NCBI GenBank assembly: GCA_015064185.1
Contig: SVSS01000004.1
Coordinates: forward strand, 71,347-135,346
Direction of reading: 5' to 3'
From: Oscillospiraceae bacterium
Lineage (GTDB): Bacteria; Bacillota; Clostridia; Oscillospirales; CAG-272
Length of the DNA stretch: 64,000 nt
A program made the translations under genes and the position numbers. Shown here piece after piece: positions 19,866 to 29,227 of the stretch; the first letter of the stretch is position 1; the number at the start of each line of letters is the position of its first letter. The notes beneath the pieces were generated by a model. That model was not told the origin of the DNA, did not search any database, and saw only the letters and a program-made list of their open reading frames with translations.

Positions 19866-20348
19866 TCAACGAATTTCGGTGATAGAAATCACTTGAATAT
19901 CAAGGTTGCTTGTTTGTGTCATAACGAAAAGCGGCTTCCCGCTCTCCACTATGAGTTCACTGTCTACAACCAATGCCCCCTCACGCAAAATACCGTGACA
20001 GGACAGTGTGCCGACAAGGTCGACATAAGCATATCTGCTGCCGCCTTCTCCCTGGCGCCAAGTGATCACGGGCTCATCAAGCAGCATGCCAAGCTCAACA
20101 AACCCTTCCTCAGTTTCAACGTAAAAAACAGTACCTGCCGCAAGATCCTCCACCAGATCATATCGCACCGCACTCACCTCAAATGCCACCGCAAAGGAGC
20201 TTTTTGTGCGGTCGTTTTCAAATATATCTGCCAAATTATCCTTTTGCCAGATCGCAAGTACGGTGAGAAGGACGAGCAGAATGATCGCCACATCCAAAAT
20301 GTTTATTTTGGCATGCCTTACGGTTCTGCTTTTTTCATCGTTATTCAT
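19866..20348 (-). CDS. small membrane-anchored beta-rich protein (DUF4330-like)
   Basis: ATG 20348 with AAAGGTGG RBS. One N-terminal TM helix (ILDVAIILLVLLTVLAIW), then a roughly 120-aa soluble domain. The family call is from memory only. Confidence 0.55.
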   Translation of the reverse strand: MNNDEKSRTVRHAKINILDVAIILLVLLTVLAIWQKDNLADIFENDRTKSSFAVAFEVSAVRYDLVEDLAAGTVFYVETEEGFVELGMLLDEPVITWRQGEGGSRYAYVDLVGTLSCHGILREGALVVDSELIVESGKPLFVMTQTSNLDIQVISITEIR

Positions 20349-20352
20349 ACCG

Positions 20353-20961
20353 TTACCACCTTTTTTCAATTGAAACACAAGTGCCCGTAGCAAGCGAGCC
20401 AGCAAAACTGACCGTATAGGAGCCGCCCTTGGCAATACGGGTACCACTTACACTGTAACCGATGCCCTCTTCATATTCCGCGCAAATCGCCACCGTTACC
20501 GAAACGATTTTTGCAGATGCGTGCTCACTCTCCCCTGCCTGCGTTTCCCCTCCGCGCAAAAACGAAGAAGGGAGCGTATAAGGCCTTGATGTAATAGCCA
20601 CGATCTCTCCCATAGTATTTCCTGTTTTGGGATCGATCAGCAATGTTCCTTGTGCAGGTGCTGCACTCAGATCACCGTTCACATCATAAAACTCAAGGGT
20701 ATATAGGATCTCCGCTTCATCCTGGAGAGCCTGCCACCTATCACCAAGGGGTGTAAAGATCAGCAAAAGTAAAAGAAGAACTGCCAAAGCAAAAATTGCA
20801 AGTGCTGCATTGACACCGATATAAAGACCGCGCGAGTAATTTTTGTCGCCGGCATAGCTGTCAGAAAGATTGCGATATGCGACATTCCCTCTTACACCCT
20901 GACCGCTTTTAGAGGGCCTTTGGCGAGAGAAGGAGGGTTTTTGATCATGATAATGCGCCAT
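20353..20961 (-). CDS. small membrane-anchored protein (DUF4330-like), paralog-like partner of the next gene
   Basis: ATG 20961 with AAAGGAGGG RBS. Basic/low-complexity N-terminus, one TM helix (AALAIFALAVLLLLLLIF), then a beta-rich C-terminal domain. Confidence 0.55.
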   Translation of the reverse strand: MAHYHDQKPSFSRQRPSKSGQGVRGNVAYRNLSDSYAGDKNYSRGLYIGVNAALAIFALAVLLLLLLIFTPLGDRWQALQDEAEILYTLEFYDVNGDLSAAPAQGTLLIDPKTGNTMGEIVAITSRPYTLPSSFLRGGETQAGESEHASAKIVSVTVAICAEYEEGIGYSVSGTRIAKGGSYTVSFAGSLATGTCVSIEKRW

Positions 20962-20974
20962 ATTTCGCCCTCCT

Positions 20975-22957
20975 TTAAGATCTTTTCGCACGCGGCGAGC
21001 GCGCGCGATAATCGATTTCAGCACAGGGCTTGCCAAAATCCTCATGCGCGGTAAACTTCACTGCGCGAGAGCAATGATAGCGCATAGCCGTGGCAACCAA
21101 AGCCGTTGCAGCAAAAAACGCAGTTACCGTTGCAGGATCATACCAAACATAATGGAAAAATCCAAAAAAGACCATTGCCGCTACCAAGACAATACCAATG
21201 TAAGCAAAAAGCGGCTTGTCGTGTCCGTTTGATATAGACAATACAGAAAAACAGTTTTGCCACAAAAGCAGCAAAAACAGCGCGAAGATCACAATTCCCA
21301 CAATGCCGTAATCCACTAATATGAATTGCCAAAAATTGTACATATGGTAGCCAAAGGGGACGCTAAGATCGGCAAAGTAAGGATGAAGCGTGTAAAGCCC
21401 ACGGTATCCCGCCCCAAAGAAAAAGCGCAGAAGACTGTTAGAACGGGAGAACATCCCCTCGCCGTTGCCGAAAAGCATACGCCTTACCGCCTCGCTGCCC
21501 TGCTTGCGAAGTGCTGCCAGGACAGGATCGGTAAGATCGCGAAACACACCAAAAACATTGCCGCGCACCTTGCCGGGCAAAAGTGCAAGTGTAACCGAAA
21601 GCGCGCCACCCCCTGCAACAACAAACGGAAGGCTACGATATTCGTATATGAGCAGGAACAAAATGAGGATCAGCGCCAAAGCAAGCCATGCTGTTGACAC
21701 AAAGGTAAGGAACACACACAGAGCCAATACAAGTGCGCAAATGACCGAAATCGCGCGCAAACGCTTGCCAAAAAACGCAACTGTAGGCAAAACAAAGGCA
21801 AACACGATCACCAAATAATACGCAAGAGCCGTGTTATCGGCAAAGCCCGCTGTTACAGCGCCACCATACTTGGTAAAATCAAAGAACGTAGCCCCGTCGG
21901 TATGCAGCATTGCAAGCACAAGTTGACCGATTCCCACCAAGGCTGCCAAAACACCCGATGCAGAAAACACAATGCGAGAAATAAAGATCCAATGAGGAGT
22001 GGAAAGTATATTGACTGCGATCAAATAGGTAACGGCGATCAGAATTTGTACGATAACCGTTTCCCAAACATGCCCTGTTGCAGGCGTGCGCAAGGACAAG
22101 CCAAACAGCAGCACGATGATAAGCACGGGGATATCCTGTAATTCGAGCCTAAAGGATCGGTTGCCCCGCAAAAGCTTACCAAGATAGCCAAACACCATAA
22201 AGGCAAGAAAAGCAACGGTAAGCAGATCGCTGCCAACCAAAAGCTTGGAAAACGGCAATACAAGAATGGCAAGCAAAAATCCCGCCTCCGGCACCGACAA
22301 GATCACAAGCGCCAAGACCACGGCGGCAAGGATGGCTAGAATAGATACAGGTGCGATCAGCAGTCCGATTGCCGCTGTGAGAAGCGCAAGCACACTTGCA
22401 AAAAGATAATGCTGCTCACCCTTCCCCCTTGCCTCCTTGATCAACTCGTCATGTAGGCCGAGCACACCAAAAAGCAAAAAGCCAAGCAAGGAATTTCTGC
22501 CAAGTGCTGCGCCAAGCGAGCGCTCCGAGAACAAAAGCAAAATACCAATGCTCAGCGAAATTGCGCCCGATACAAGGTGATTCCAAGACACGGCTATCCC
22601 GAGTGATACGAATAGTGAAGCACCGTAAAGCGCCACCCACATACCGCCAAGCATAGCAAAGAAAAATCCAATTGTGCGCAAGCTGCAGAACACCAAGGCA
22701 GACACGACCTTTCTTCGCGCGCGAGAAAAAATATTTTGCTCCATGGCGCAGGCAAGCGCACGGCGCACCTTATGGCGACGGATCACACGACCGCGCTCTG
22801 CCCCTTTGATATGCTTATCACGAGAACCGATCACTGCCTCATTGCAGGCCTTATAGGAGGTAAAGAGCTTGCCAATAACGCTTATGGCAATAATATGGTA
22901 GATCAAACGGCTGATACGAAAAACAAAGCGTCCTGCCGCGTTTTTTTCCTTTTTCAT
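20975..22957 (-). CDS. O-antigen ligase / Wzy_C-like polytopic membrane protein
   Basis: 660 aa with at least 12 TM helices and a central larger loop, as in O-antigen ligase-like proteins. RBS AAAGGAGGA. Lies 39 nt after trmD. Confidence 0.6.
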   Translation of the reverse strand: MKKEKNAAGRFVFRISRLIYHIIAISVIGKLFTSYKACNEAVIGSRDKHIKGAERGRVIRRHKVRRALACAMEQNIFSRARRKVVSALVFCSLRTIGFFFAMLGGMWVALYGASLFVSLGIAVSWNHLVSGAISLSIGILLLFSERSLGAALGRNSLLGFLLFGVLGLHDELIKEARGKGEQHYLFASVLALLTAAIGLLIAPVSILAILAAVVLALVILSVPEAGFLLAILVLPFSKLLVGSDLLTVAFLAFMVFGYLGKLLRGNRSFRLELQDIPVLIIVLLFGLSLRTPATGHVWETVIVQILIAVTYLIAVNILSTPHWIFISRIVFSASGVLAALVGIGQLVLAMLHTDGATFFDFTKYGGAVTAGFADNTALAYYLVIVFAFVLPTVAFFGKRLRAISVICALVLALCVFLTFVSTAWLALALILILFLLIYEYRSLPFVVAGGGALSVTLALLPGKVRGNVFGVFRDLTDPVLAALRKQGSEAVRRMLFGNGEGMFSRSNSLLRFFFGAGYRGLYTLHPYFADLSVPFGYHMYNFWQFILVDYGIVGIVIFALFLLLLWQNCFSVLSISNGHDKPLFAYIGIVLVAAMVFFGFFHYVWYDPATVTAFFAATALVATAMRYHCSRAVKFTAHEDFGKPCAEIDYRARSPRAKRS

Positions 22958-22996
22958 TCCTTACTCTCCTCCTTTCGATAAATTCTATGATGGCTG

Positions 22997-23683
22997 TTAT
23001 TGCTCGAGCAGATCGGGGCGCAGGCGTGCTGTTTCCGAGAGTGCCGCCTCGGCACGCCACTTTTCTATGTTGGCATGATGACCCGAAATGAGTACCTCGG
23101 GCACAGATTTTCCGTGAAACTCAAAGGGGCGCGTGTACTGCGGATATTCCACCAAGCCCGATGAGATGCTTTCATTTTCATAGCATTCAGGGGCTGAGAG
23201 CACACCGTCAACAAGGCGCGCCACAGCATCGGTTACAATGCAGGCAGGAAGCTCTCCACCTGTCAGCACAAAATCGCCGATCGATATTTCCTCATCCACG
23301 ATCTCCTCTATCACGCGAGCATCAACACCCTCGTAATGACCGCAAAGGATAATAAGCTGATCAAGCGTTGCAAGTTCCTTTGCCTTATCCTGATTAAACA
23401 CCTTTCCGCGGGGCGACATATAAACAACGCGACGGTGAGCATCCTCCTTGCTTTTTGCCAAAATATCGGCATAGCAATCATAAATGGGGGGTGCCATCAT
23501 CAGCATGCCCTTTCCGCCTCCGTACGGTGTGTCATCCACGCGTCGATGCTTGTCCTTACTGTAATCTCGAATATTATAGGTGTTTACCTCAATAGAGCCG
23601 CTTTTTTGTGCTCTGCCAATGATGCTTTCTCCAAGCACACGCTCCACAAATTCGGGAAACAGTGTCATAATATCAAAACGCAT
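22997..23683 (-). CDS. trmD: tRNA (guanine37-N1)-methyltransferase
   Basis: MRFDIMTLFPE..., SPRG, LICGHYEGVDARV, VLTGGELPA, YTRP. 228 aa. Confidence 0.96.
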   Translation of the reverse strand: MRFDIMTLFPEFVERVLGESIIGRAQKSGSIEVNTYNIRDYSKDKHRRVDDTPYGGGKGMLMMAPPIYDCYADILAKSKEDAHRRVVYMSPRGKVFNQDKAKELATLDQLIILCGHYEGVDARVIEEIVDEEISIGDFVLTGGELPACIVTDAVARLVDGVLSAPECYENESISSGLVEYPQYTRPFEFHGKSVPEVLISGHHANIEKWRAEAALSETARLRPDLLEQ

Positions 23684-24195
23684 TACGAAAACATCCCTTC
23701 TATCGGTGCGATCACAATTCCCTTTTCTATATCCACCTCGCGCACAAACTCTTTTACAACCGGCACCATTGCCTCGCCCTTATCGGTGGCTATCACATAA
23801 ATATCAGTGGCACCCGGATGGATCACATCAGACAGGGTACCGAGCTGCTTGCCGCTCTCAGCGTGCCATACGGGAAGCCCGATCAGCTCTGCCACCAGCA
23901 ACGTGCCCTTAGGGATCTTAAGATCGCTACGCTTGGCATAAAGCACACGGCCACGCAGTGCATCTGCGGCCTCCATCGTATCTACCCCCTCAAGCTCGGC
24001 ACAGACAAAACGGTTGCCAAGCACCGAGGCACGGCAAACGCGCACGGCGGTCATTTCGGTTCCCTTTTTAAAATATACAGTGGGCAGTGCGGCAAAAACA
24101 TGAGGGCTATCGCACCACGGCTCGATCTTCACACCGCCGCGACAGCCGTGGGTATTAATAATTTTTCCACACTCGGGATATTCGATATACGCCAT
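23683..24195 (-). CDS. rimM: 16S rRNA processing protein RimM
   Basis: GKIINTHGCRGGVKI (the RimM N-terminal barrel signature), a PRC-barrel C-terminus, and the position upstream of trmD. Confidence 0.9.
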   Translation of the reverse strand: MAYIEYPECGKIINTHGCRGGVKIEPWCDSPHVFAALPTVYFKKGTEMTAVRVCRASVLGNRFVCAELEGVDTMEAADALRGRVLYAKRSDLKIPKGTLLVAELIGLPVWHAESGKQLGTLSDVIHPGATDIYVIATDKGEAMVPVVKEFVREVDIEKGIVIAPIEGMFS

Positions 24196-24321
24196 AACGT
24201 GTCCACCTCAAACTTTAAACATAATTATAATAATTATATCATAAGCATTTCCATTTTTCAACACTCAAACGCTGATTTTCTTTTCGCCTTGGTATTTTTT
24301 TGAAAATTTTTCCCCAAAGCC

Positions 24322-24350
24322 TTGTAATAAAATCAAAAAAGTGCTATAAT
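24322..24350 (+). promoter_or_regulatory. sigma-A-type promoter for yajC
   Basis: TTGTAA-17 nt-TATAAT with TGc extended -10. Confidence 0.6.
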
Positions 24351-24380
24351 AATTAAAAATATTTTATTGGAGGAACCGTA

Positions 24381-24665
24381 ATGGATCTTTGGGTTACAAT
24401 AGGCATGATCGCCGTTGTGGTCGTTGTGTTCTATTTCTTTGGCGTTCGCCCTCAGAAAAAGCAAGAACAGGCAATGGCACAAATGCGTGACAGCCTGCAG
24501 GTTGGTGATGAGATCACCACGATCGGCGGCATCATCGGAAAGATCGTAAGCATCAAGGAAGAAACGATGATCATCGAAACCGGTCGCGATCACACGCGCA
24601 TCCGCCTGCTGAAGACCGCAGTACGCACCGTTGATGTGCGCGCTGAGGATGCAAAGCAGGACTAA
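24381..24665 (+). CDS. yajC: preprotein translocase subunit YajC
   Basis: One TM helix, then RPQKKQEQ...LQVGDEITTIGGIIGKIVSI. 94 aa. Confidence 0.92.
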   Translation: MDLWVTIGMIAVVVVVFYFFGVRPQKKQEQAMAQMRDSLQVGDEITTIGGIIGKIVSIKEETMIIETGRDHTRIRLLKTAVRTVDVRAEDAKQD

Positions 24666-24671
24666 ATCTTC

Positions 24672-24720
24672 TCCCTCCCTCATAAGATGAATCAAGTCAT
24701 CTTTAGGGAGGGATTTTTCT
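24672..24720 (+). terminator. two-tier hairpin plus T-run after yajC; its 3' arm is the SD of the next gene
   Basis: Outer stem TCCCTCCCT (24672-24680) / AGGGAGGGA (24705-24713). Inner stem AAGATGA / TCATCTT. Then TTTTTCT and ATG 24721. Confidence 0.6.
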
Positions 24721-25176
24721 ATGCAAAAGAAAAAAAGAGCCACAAAAAGGCATGCAACCCCATCACAGGAGGTTTCCTTGACCTCTGTTTGCAAAAGCGT
24801 GTTGCTTACACTGCCCATCATTATGACCATTGGCTTGGTGCTGCTTCTGTGCACCACCGCGCTCTTGCTTGCCACAAAGGATCCCAACGCTTATCACACC
24901 GCGGCAGGGCTTGTACTCCTTTACCTCATCACACTCATTGGCGGCGCGATCGCCACGCGCCTTCACGCACGGCGCACACCGCTTTTTTGTGGAGTTGGCA
25001 TGGGGAGCGCAATGCTTTTGCTCCTGCTTGTACTATCTCTTATTTTACCGGGCAGCGAGCACACCTACAAAAGCACCTTACAGATTGGGCTGCATGCATT
25101 GCTCCTTCCCACAGCAATTGCAGGTGCACTGCTTGGAGCAAGAGAGAAGAAAGCATCGCGTCGGCGCACCAAATAA
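24721..25176 (+). CDS. small integral membrane protein (TIGR04086-like, commonly after yajC in Clostridia)
   Basis: 151 aa with 4 hydrophobic helices and a basic N- and C-terminus. The family call is by context and architecture only. Confidence 0.55.
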   Translation: MQKKKRATKRHATPSQEVSLTSVCKSVLLTLPIIMTIGLVLLLCTTALLLATKDPNAYHTAAGLVLLYLITLIGGAIATRLHARRTPLFCGVGMGSAMLLLLLVLSLILPGSEHTYKSTLQIGLHALLLPTAIAGALLGAREKKASRRRTK

Positions 25177-25179
25177 AAA

Positions 25180-25215
25180 GGAAGCCGTTTCCGTGGCGGA
25201 AGCGGCTTCCTTTTT
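25180..25215. terminator. bidirectional intrinsic terminator
   Basis: GGAAGCCGTTTCCG...CGGAAGCGGCTTCC forms a long stem flanked by an A-run and TTTTT. Confidence 0.8.
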
Positions 25216-25225
25216 CTAAAAAATA

Positions 25226-26083
25226 TCAAAGCTCAACGTCGATATATACAGGTGCATGATCGGAAAGATAAAGATAATAATCGGGCATATGGCGATCAAA
25301 GCGCTTGATTGCCCCTTCGGGGAAATCCTTTACGATAATATGGTCAAAGGTATGCAGGTAATCTAACCCCTCGTACCACTTGCCGGGGCCACGTGTTGAA
25401 AGCGTATTAAAGCCGCCATCCTCAATGGCATAGTCGGTGGCAAGATCGTGGGCATGAAGATATCCACCCTCCCACAATACAGGAATAAGCGCCTCGGAGT
25501 CCGAGCCTCCATTGAGGTCACCCACCAAAACCGTGGGAATATCTCCGTGGATACGACGATATTTCTCGATCATTTGTTTAGCCATGCGAAGCTGGAAGGC
25601 GCGTGCTTCATTCGAGCCGGGGCAATATTTTGGATGCTCGGGATTGCCGCGCTTAAACCAAAGATGAGTGGTAAGGAAAATAAACATTTTCCCGTCCTCC
25701 TTGGTGCGGAACACTGCAAGCGTTGCGCCCTTGCTTCCGGTATCGTTGTATTTTTTGGGCAGGCCCTCGATCAAGCTCGGAAAGCACAGATACTCGGTAT
25801 CCACCAGCTCAAGCTTATCGGAGCGATAGATGATAGGCGTGTAATTGCCCCAGATCAGTGCGTAGTTGGAAAGTCCCGCATCCGCCGCGTAAAATTTAAA
25901 ATACTGCTGCATTTCAGGTGTGATCTCCTGTCCACCAACCACGTCGGGCATCAGATCCTGAAACACGCGGATATGTCCATGCATGCGAGTGGCTGCAGAG
26001 GAATCAAGACCCATCTCCTGCCATTCGGGACGATTATCGCTCCAATACCATTGGTTTTGACTCATCAAACGCAAACTACTCAT
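25226..26083 (-). CDS. endonuclease/exonuclease/phosphatase (EEP) family protein
   Basis: N-terminal LRLMSQN, GQE, internal GDLNG, and C-terminal SDHAPV, the hallmark EEP catalytic motifs. Confidence 0.8.
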   Translation of the reverse strand: MSSLRLMSQNQWYWSDNRPEWQEMGLDSSAATRMHGHIRVFQDLMPDVVGGQEITPEMQQYFKFYAADAGLSNYALIWGNYTPIIYRSDKLELVDTEYLCFPSLIEGLPKKYNDTGSKGATLAVFRTKEDGKMFIFLTTHLWFKRGNPEHPKYCPGSNEARAFQLRMAKQMIEKYRRIHGDIPTVLVGDLNGGSDSEALIPVLWEGGYLHAHDLATDYAIEDGGFNTLSTRGPGKWYEGLDYLHTFDHIIVKDFPEGAIKRFDRHMPDYYLYLSDHAPVYIDVEL

Positions 26084-26100
26084 ACGAAATCTCCTTCAAA

Positions 26101-26916
26101 TTACGGTTTTTGATAGATAAAAATATCCATTTCCGCCTCACAGGTAAGACGCTCACATGTGGCAAGCCGTTCCTGGCCCTGTCTTGAGGTGCGGTAATAA
26201 TAAGGGGTCATCGCAAACAGGCTGCCAATTTCCTTGCCCTTCAACTCCATTGAAAAGGAAAGCGTTTCGTGGGTCAGCTCTGTCATGGAAACAGGAAGAT
26301 CGGCACGAGGCTCATTTTCGTGAGGCTGATCATAAAGCACGCGCTTTAGCGAAAGCAGGTGATTTCTCCCTGCCCCTGCCACAAGCAAAATGCCCCCCGG
26401 CTTTAGCACACGCAAAAATTCCTGCTCGGCAACAGGAGCAAACAGGCTGATCACGGCATCAACCGAGGCATCCTGCAAGGGGAGCGTATAAATGCCCGCT
26501 ACTGCAAAAAATGCATCTACACCTTCTCTTGTGGCGCGCTTTGCCGCAGCACGAACACCACGCTTAGAAAGATCAAAGCCATAGCACTGAAAGCCCGCAC
26601 CCGCCAAGCGACAGGTATAATAGCCCTCTCCGCACCCTGCATCTACCACCGTGCTTCCCTTGCTATATGTACGCAAAAGCTCCGAAATGCGCGCGGCAAA
26701 GGGTTCATAATGACCGCCACTGAGAAATGCCGTGCGTGCCGCAATAAGGGTGGCGTCATCACCGCCGCCCGTTGCCTTTGATGCGGCAAGATTCACATAT
26801 CCATCTGCCGAAAAATCAAAGCAGTGCCGACGTGTACCGTGACAAAAAAGACTATTGCTCTGTTTTGAAGTTGCAGCACCACATATCGGGCAACGCAAGC
26901 CACTGCTCCACCACAT
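26101..26916 (-). CDS. class I SAM-dependent methyltransferase, RlmA (23S rRNA G745/G748)-like
   Basis: N-terminal Zn ribbon CPICG...C..., then SAM motif VVDAGCGEGYY. Confidence 0.75.
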   Translation of the reverse strand: MWWSSGLRCPICGAATSKQSNSLFCHGTRRHCFDFSADGYVNLAASKATGGGDDATLIAARTAFLSGGHYEPFAARISELLRTYSKGSTVVDAGCGEGYYTCRLAGAGFQCYGFDLSKRGVRAAAKRATREGVDAFFAVAGIYTLPLQDASVDAVISLFAPVAEQEFLRVLKPGGILLVAGAGRNHLLSLKRVLYDQPHENEPRADLPVSMTELTHETLSFSMELKGKEIGSLFAMTPYYYRTSRQGQERLATCERLTCEAEMDIFIYQKP

Positions 26917-26928
26917 AAAAACCTCAAC

Positions 26929-26965
26929 AAAATTTCAAAAGCCCCTCGCGCTTTGCGCGAGGGGC
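26929..26965 (-). terminator. intrinsic terminator of the htrA-RR-HK operon
   Basis: GCCCCTCGCGC-ttt-GCGCGAGGGGC forms an 11-bp stem, followed on the minus strand by TTTTGAAATTTT. Confidence 0.8.
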
Positions 26966-27028
26966 AAAACTTTATTTTATTATAGCATACAATTTTCCAA
27001 AAAACAACTCTTATTTTTTGTTTTATCT

Positions 27029-28513
27029 TTATTTTACAAGGGGTAACTCAAACCAAAATACACTGCCAACGCCAACGGCACTTTCCACGCCGTAAAGCGC
27101 ACCGTGTGCCTCCAAGATCCCTTTTACAATAGATAAGCCAAGGCCTGTACCGATCACGGCACGGTTATGCACCTTATCCACGCGGTAATAGCGATCCCAA
27201 ATATGATCGATCTTATCGGGTGAAATGCCCTCTCCGTCATCTGCCACGGAAAGTCGCACGCTATCCTCCCCCAGTACAATCGACACACGAACACGCAGAC
27301 TTTCACCTGTGTAATTCACGGCGTTATTGATAAGATTATAGATCACCTGCAAAATCATGCCGCGATCTGCCTGCACCTGTGCTTCGCCCTGTGTTTCAAA
27401 AAGAATGCGGTATCCGTTGTGTCGAATAAGGGTATCATAGCGCCGCATAGTATCCTGTGTCAAGGCACTCAGATCAAACACCTCGGGCTCGGGCTTTTTG
27501 GTGCCCGCCTGCAGCTTGGAAAGATCAAGCAGATCACTTACCAGCTCCGACAGGCGCGTGGTTTCATCTATGATGATCTGCGCGTTTTCGGCATTGTTTT
27601 CACCGGGTAGATCGCGCATGATCTCGCTATACCCCTTAATCATGGTAAGCGGTGTGCGCAGATCGTGAGAAATATTGGCAATAAGCTCCTTTTGCAAATT
27701 ATCGGTAGCGCCGATCTCGCGCGCGGCAAAATTCAGCGTTTCGGCGAGCTCGGCTATCTCACGGTAGCCACGCCCTTCAAAATCCGCCGTATAGTTCCCC
27801 ACCGCAAGCCTTCTCGCCTTTTCCGTAATGGCAGAAAGGGGCGTTGCAATGATACGCGAAAGAATGAAAGCAAACAGAATTGCACCGCAAAGCAGGAAAA
27901 ATGCAGTCCACAAAAATTGCACCTGCAGGGTTTTTACCGTTGCACTGACAGGCGTAAGCTCACAGTCAAGCAAAATAAAGTACTCCGCGCCATCCTTCTC
28001 TATCAAGCGCGCACAAATGGCGTTGACAGTATCGGCAGGCTGAAGCAAGCCCGGCAAATAAAAATTCTCGGCATCTCCTGTTACGAAATCGGTGTTAAAC
28101 TCCATGCGCTTATCATAGACACCGTTATTCATCTTCGCGTTGACATAAAGATCCTCCAGCAGGCTCGAGGACAAATGATGGACCATACAGTTCACACCCG
28201 CATTGCCATCTCCCACCGCCTTTGCCATACCGTCTATAATGGTAAACACGCGGATGCATATTCCATTTTCCTCAGCGGTCTTTTGCAATTGATCGGTAAA
28301 ATTTTTGTCGCCGATATACGTGCAAATATCAAGATATGTCTCTTCAAGCTCGGAAAACTTTTCACGCTCGTAAAAATAACTGAGAAGCCTGATCTGCAGG
28401 ATCCAGATCGCAAGCAACACCAAAACGGTAAATGCCACAAGCGCAATGACGAGCTTTACACGAATACCGGCACTCCGTTTTTTAACTTGTGTTGCGGTAT
28501 TTTTCGTGCTCAT
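27029..28513 (-). CDS. sensor histidine kinase (two TM, extracytoplasmic loop, HAMP, HisKA, HATPase_c)
   Basis: H-box ISHDLRTPLTMI, N-box LINNAVNYT, and G2 GTGLGLSIV. Overlaps the response-regulator stop by 4 nt. Confidence 0.9.
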   Translation of the reverse strand: MSTKNTATQVKKRSAGIRVKLVIALVAFTVLVLLAIWILQIRLLSYFYEREKFSELEETYLDICTYIGDKNFTDQLQKTAEENGICIRVFTIIDGMAKAVGDGNAGVNCMVHHLSSSLLEDLYVNAKMNNGVYDKRMEFNTDFVTGDAENFYLPGLLQPADTVNAICARLIEKDGAEYFILLDCELTPVSATVKTLQVQFLWTAFFLLCGAILFAFILSRIIATPLSAITEKARRLAVGNYTADFEGRGYREIAELAETLNFAAREIGATDNLQKELIANISHDLRTPLTMIKGYSEIMRDLPGENNAENAQIIIDETTRLSELVSDLLDLSKLQAGTKKPEPEVFDLSALTQDTMRRYDTLIRHNGYRILFETQGEAQVQADRGMILQVIYNLINNAVNYTGESLRVRVSIVLGEDSVRLSVADDGEGISPDKIDHIWDRYYRVDKVHNRAVIGTGLGLSIVKGILEAHGALYGVESAVGVGSVFWFELPLVK

Positions 28514-29202
28514 TTTTGCTCCTCGAAGCGGTAACCGACACCGCGCAACGTAACTACATAAGAGCTGTAACGTCCAAGGCTCTTACGAAGCAGCTTGATG
28601 TGCGTGTCAAGCGTGCGGGCATCGCCAAAGAAATCATACCCCCACACCTCACTGATCAGGCGCTCTCTGGTAAGCGCCACATTGCGGTTGCGAAGCAAGT
28701 AGAAAAAGAGATCGTATTCCTTGGGGGACATTTCCACGCGCTTGTCATCAACATACACAATGCGCGCGGTAAGATCGGCGCGAAGCCCCCCGTTATCAAA
28801 TTCAACAATCTGATTTTCGGTGCGCTCTTGCTCTGCTTTGGGCTTTACACGCTTCATCACTGCCTCCACGCGCAGCATAAGCTCGCGAGGCGAGAAGGGC
28901 TTGATCACATAATCGTCAACACCAAGCTCAAAGCCGTTGATCTTATCATACTCCTCGCCACGGGCAGAAAGCATGATAATAGGCGTTTGCTGTGACTTGC
29001 GGATCTCGCGGCAAGCGGAAAATCCGTCAAGCTCGGGCATCATGATATCGAGAATAATGATATCGAACTGCTCCGCGCGCGCCATGCGCACGGCCTCCAT
29101 GCCGTCGCCTGCCTCAGAAACGGTGTGCCCTTCAAATTCAGCATACTTGCGAATGATCGATCTAATACGAATCTCATCATCTACAACCAGAATGTTATAC
29201 AT
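28510..29202 (-). CDS. OmpR/PhoB-family response regulator
   Basis: Receiver domain (VVDDE..., DIIILDIMMPELDG, K in VIKPF) and winged-helix output domain (LRGVGYRF). Confidence 0.93.
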   Translation of the reverse strand: MYNILVVDDEIRIRSIIRKYAEFEGHTVSEAGDGMEAVRMARAEQFDIIILDIMMPELDGFSACREIRKSQQTPIIMLSARGEEYDKINGFELGVDDYVIKPFSPRELMLRVEAVMKRVKPKAEQERTENQIVEFDNGGLRADLTARIVYVDDKRVEMSPKEYDLFFYLLRNRNVALTRERLISEVWGYDFFGDARTLDTHIKLLRKSLGRYSSYVVTLRGVGYRFEEQK

Positions 29203-29227
29203 TTCGTATTTCCTTTCAAAAGTCGTA

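Noticed and set aside
24333-24887. 184-aa minus-strand ORF overlapping yajC and the following membrane-protein gene
   Set aside because: It is antisense to two well-supported + strand genes and crosses their intergenic terminator. It has no motif support.
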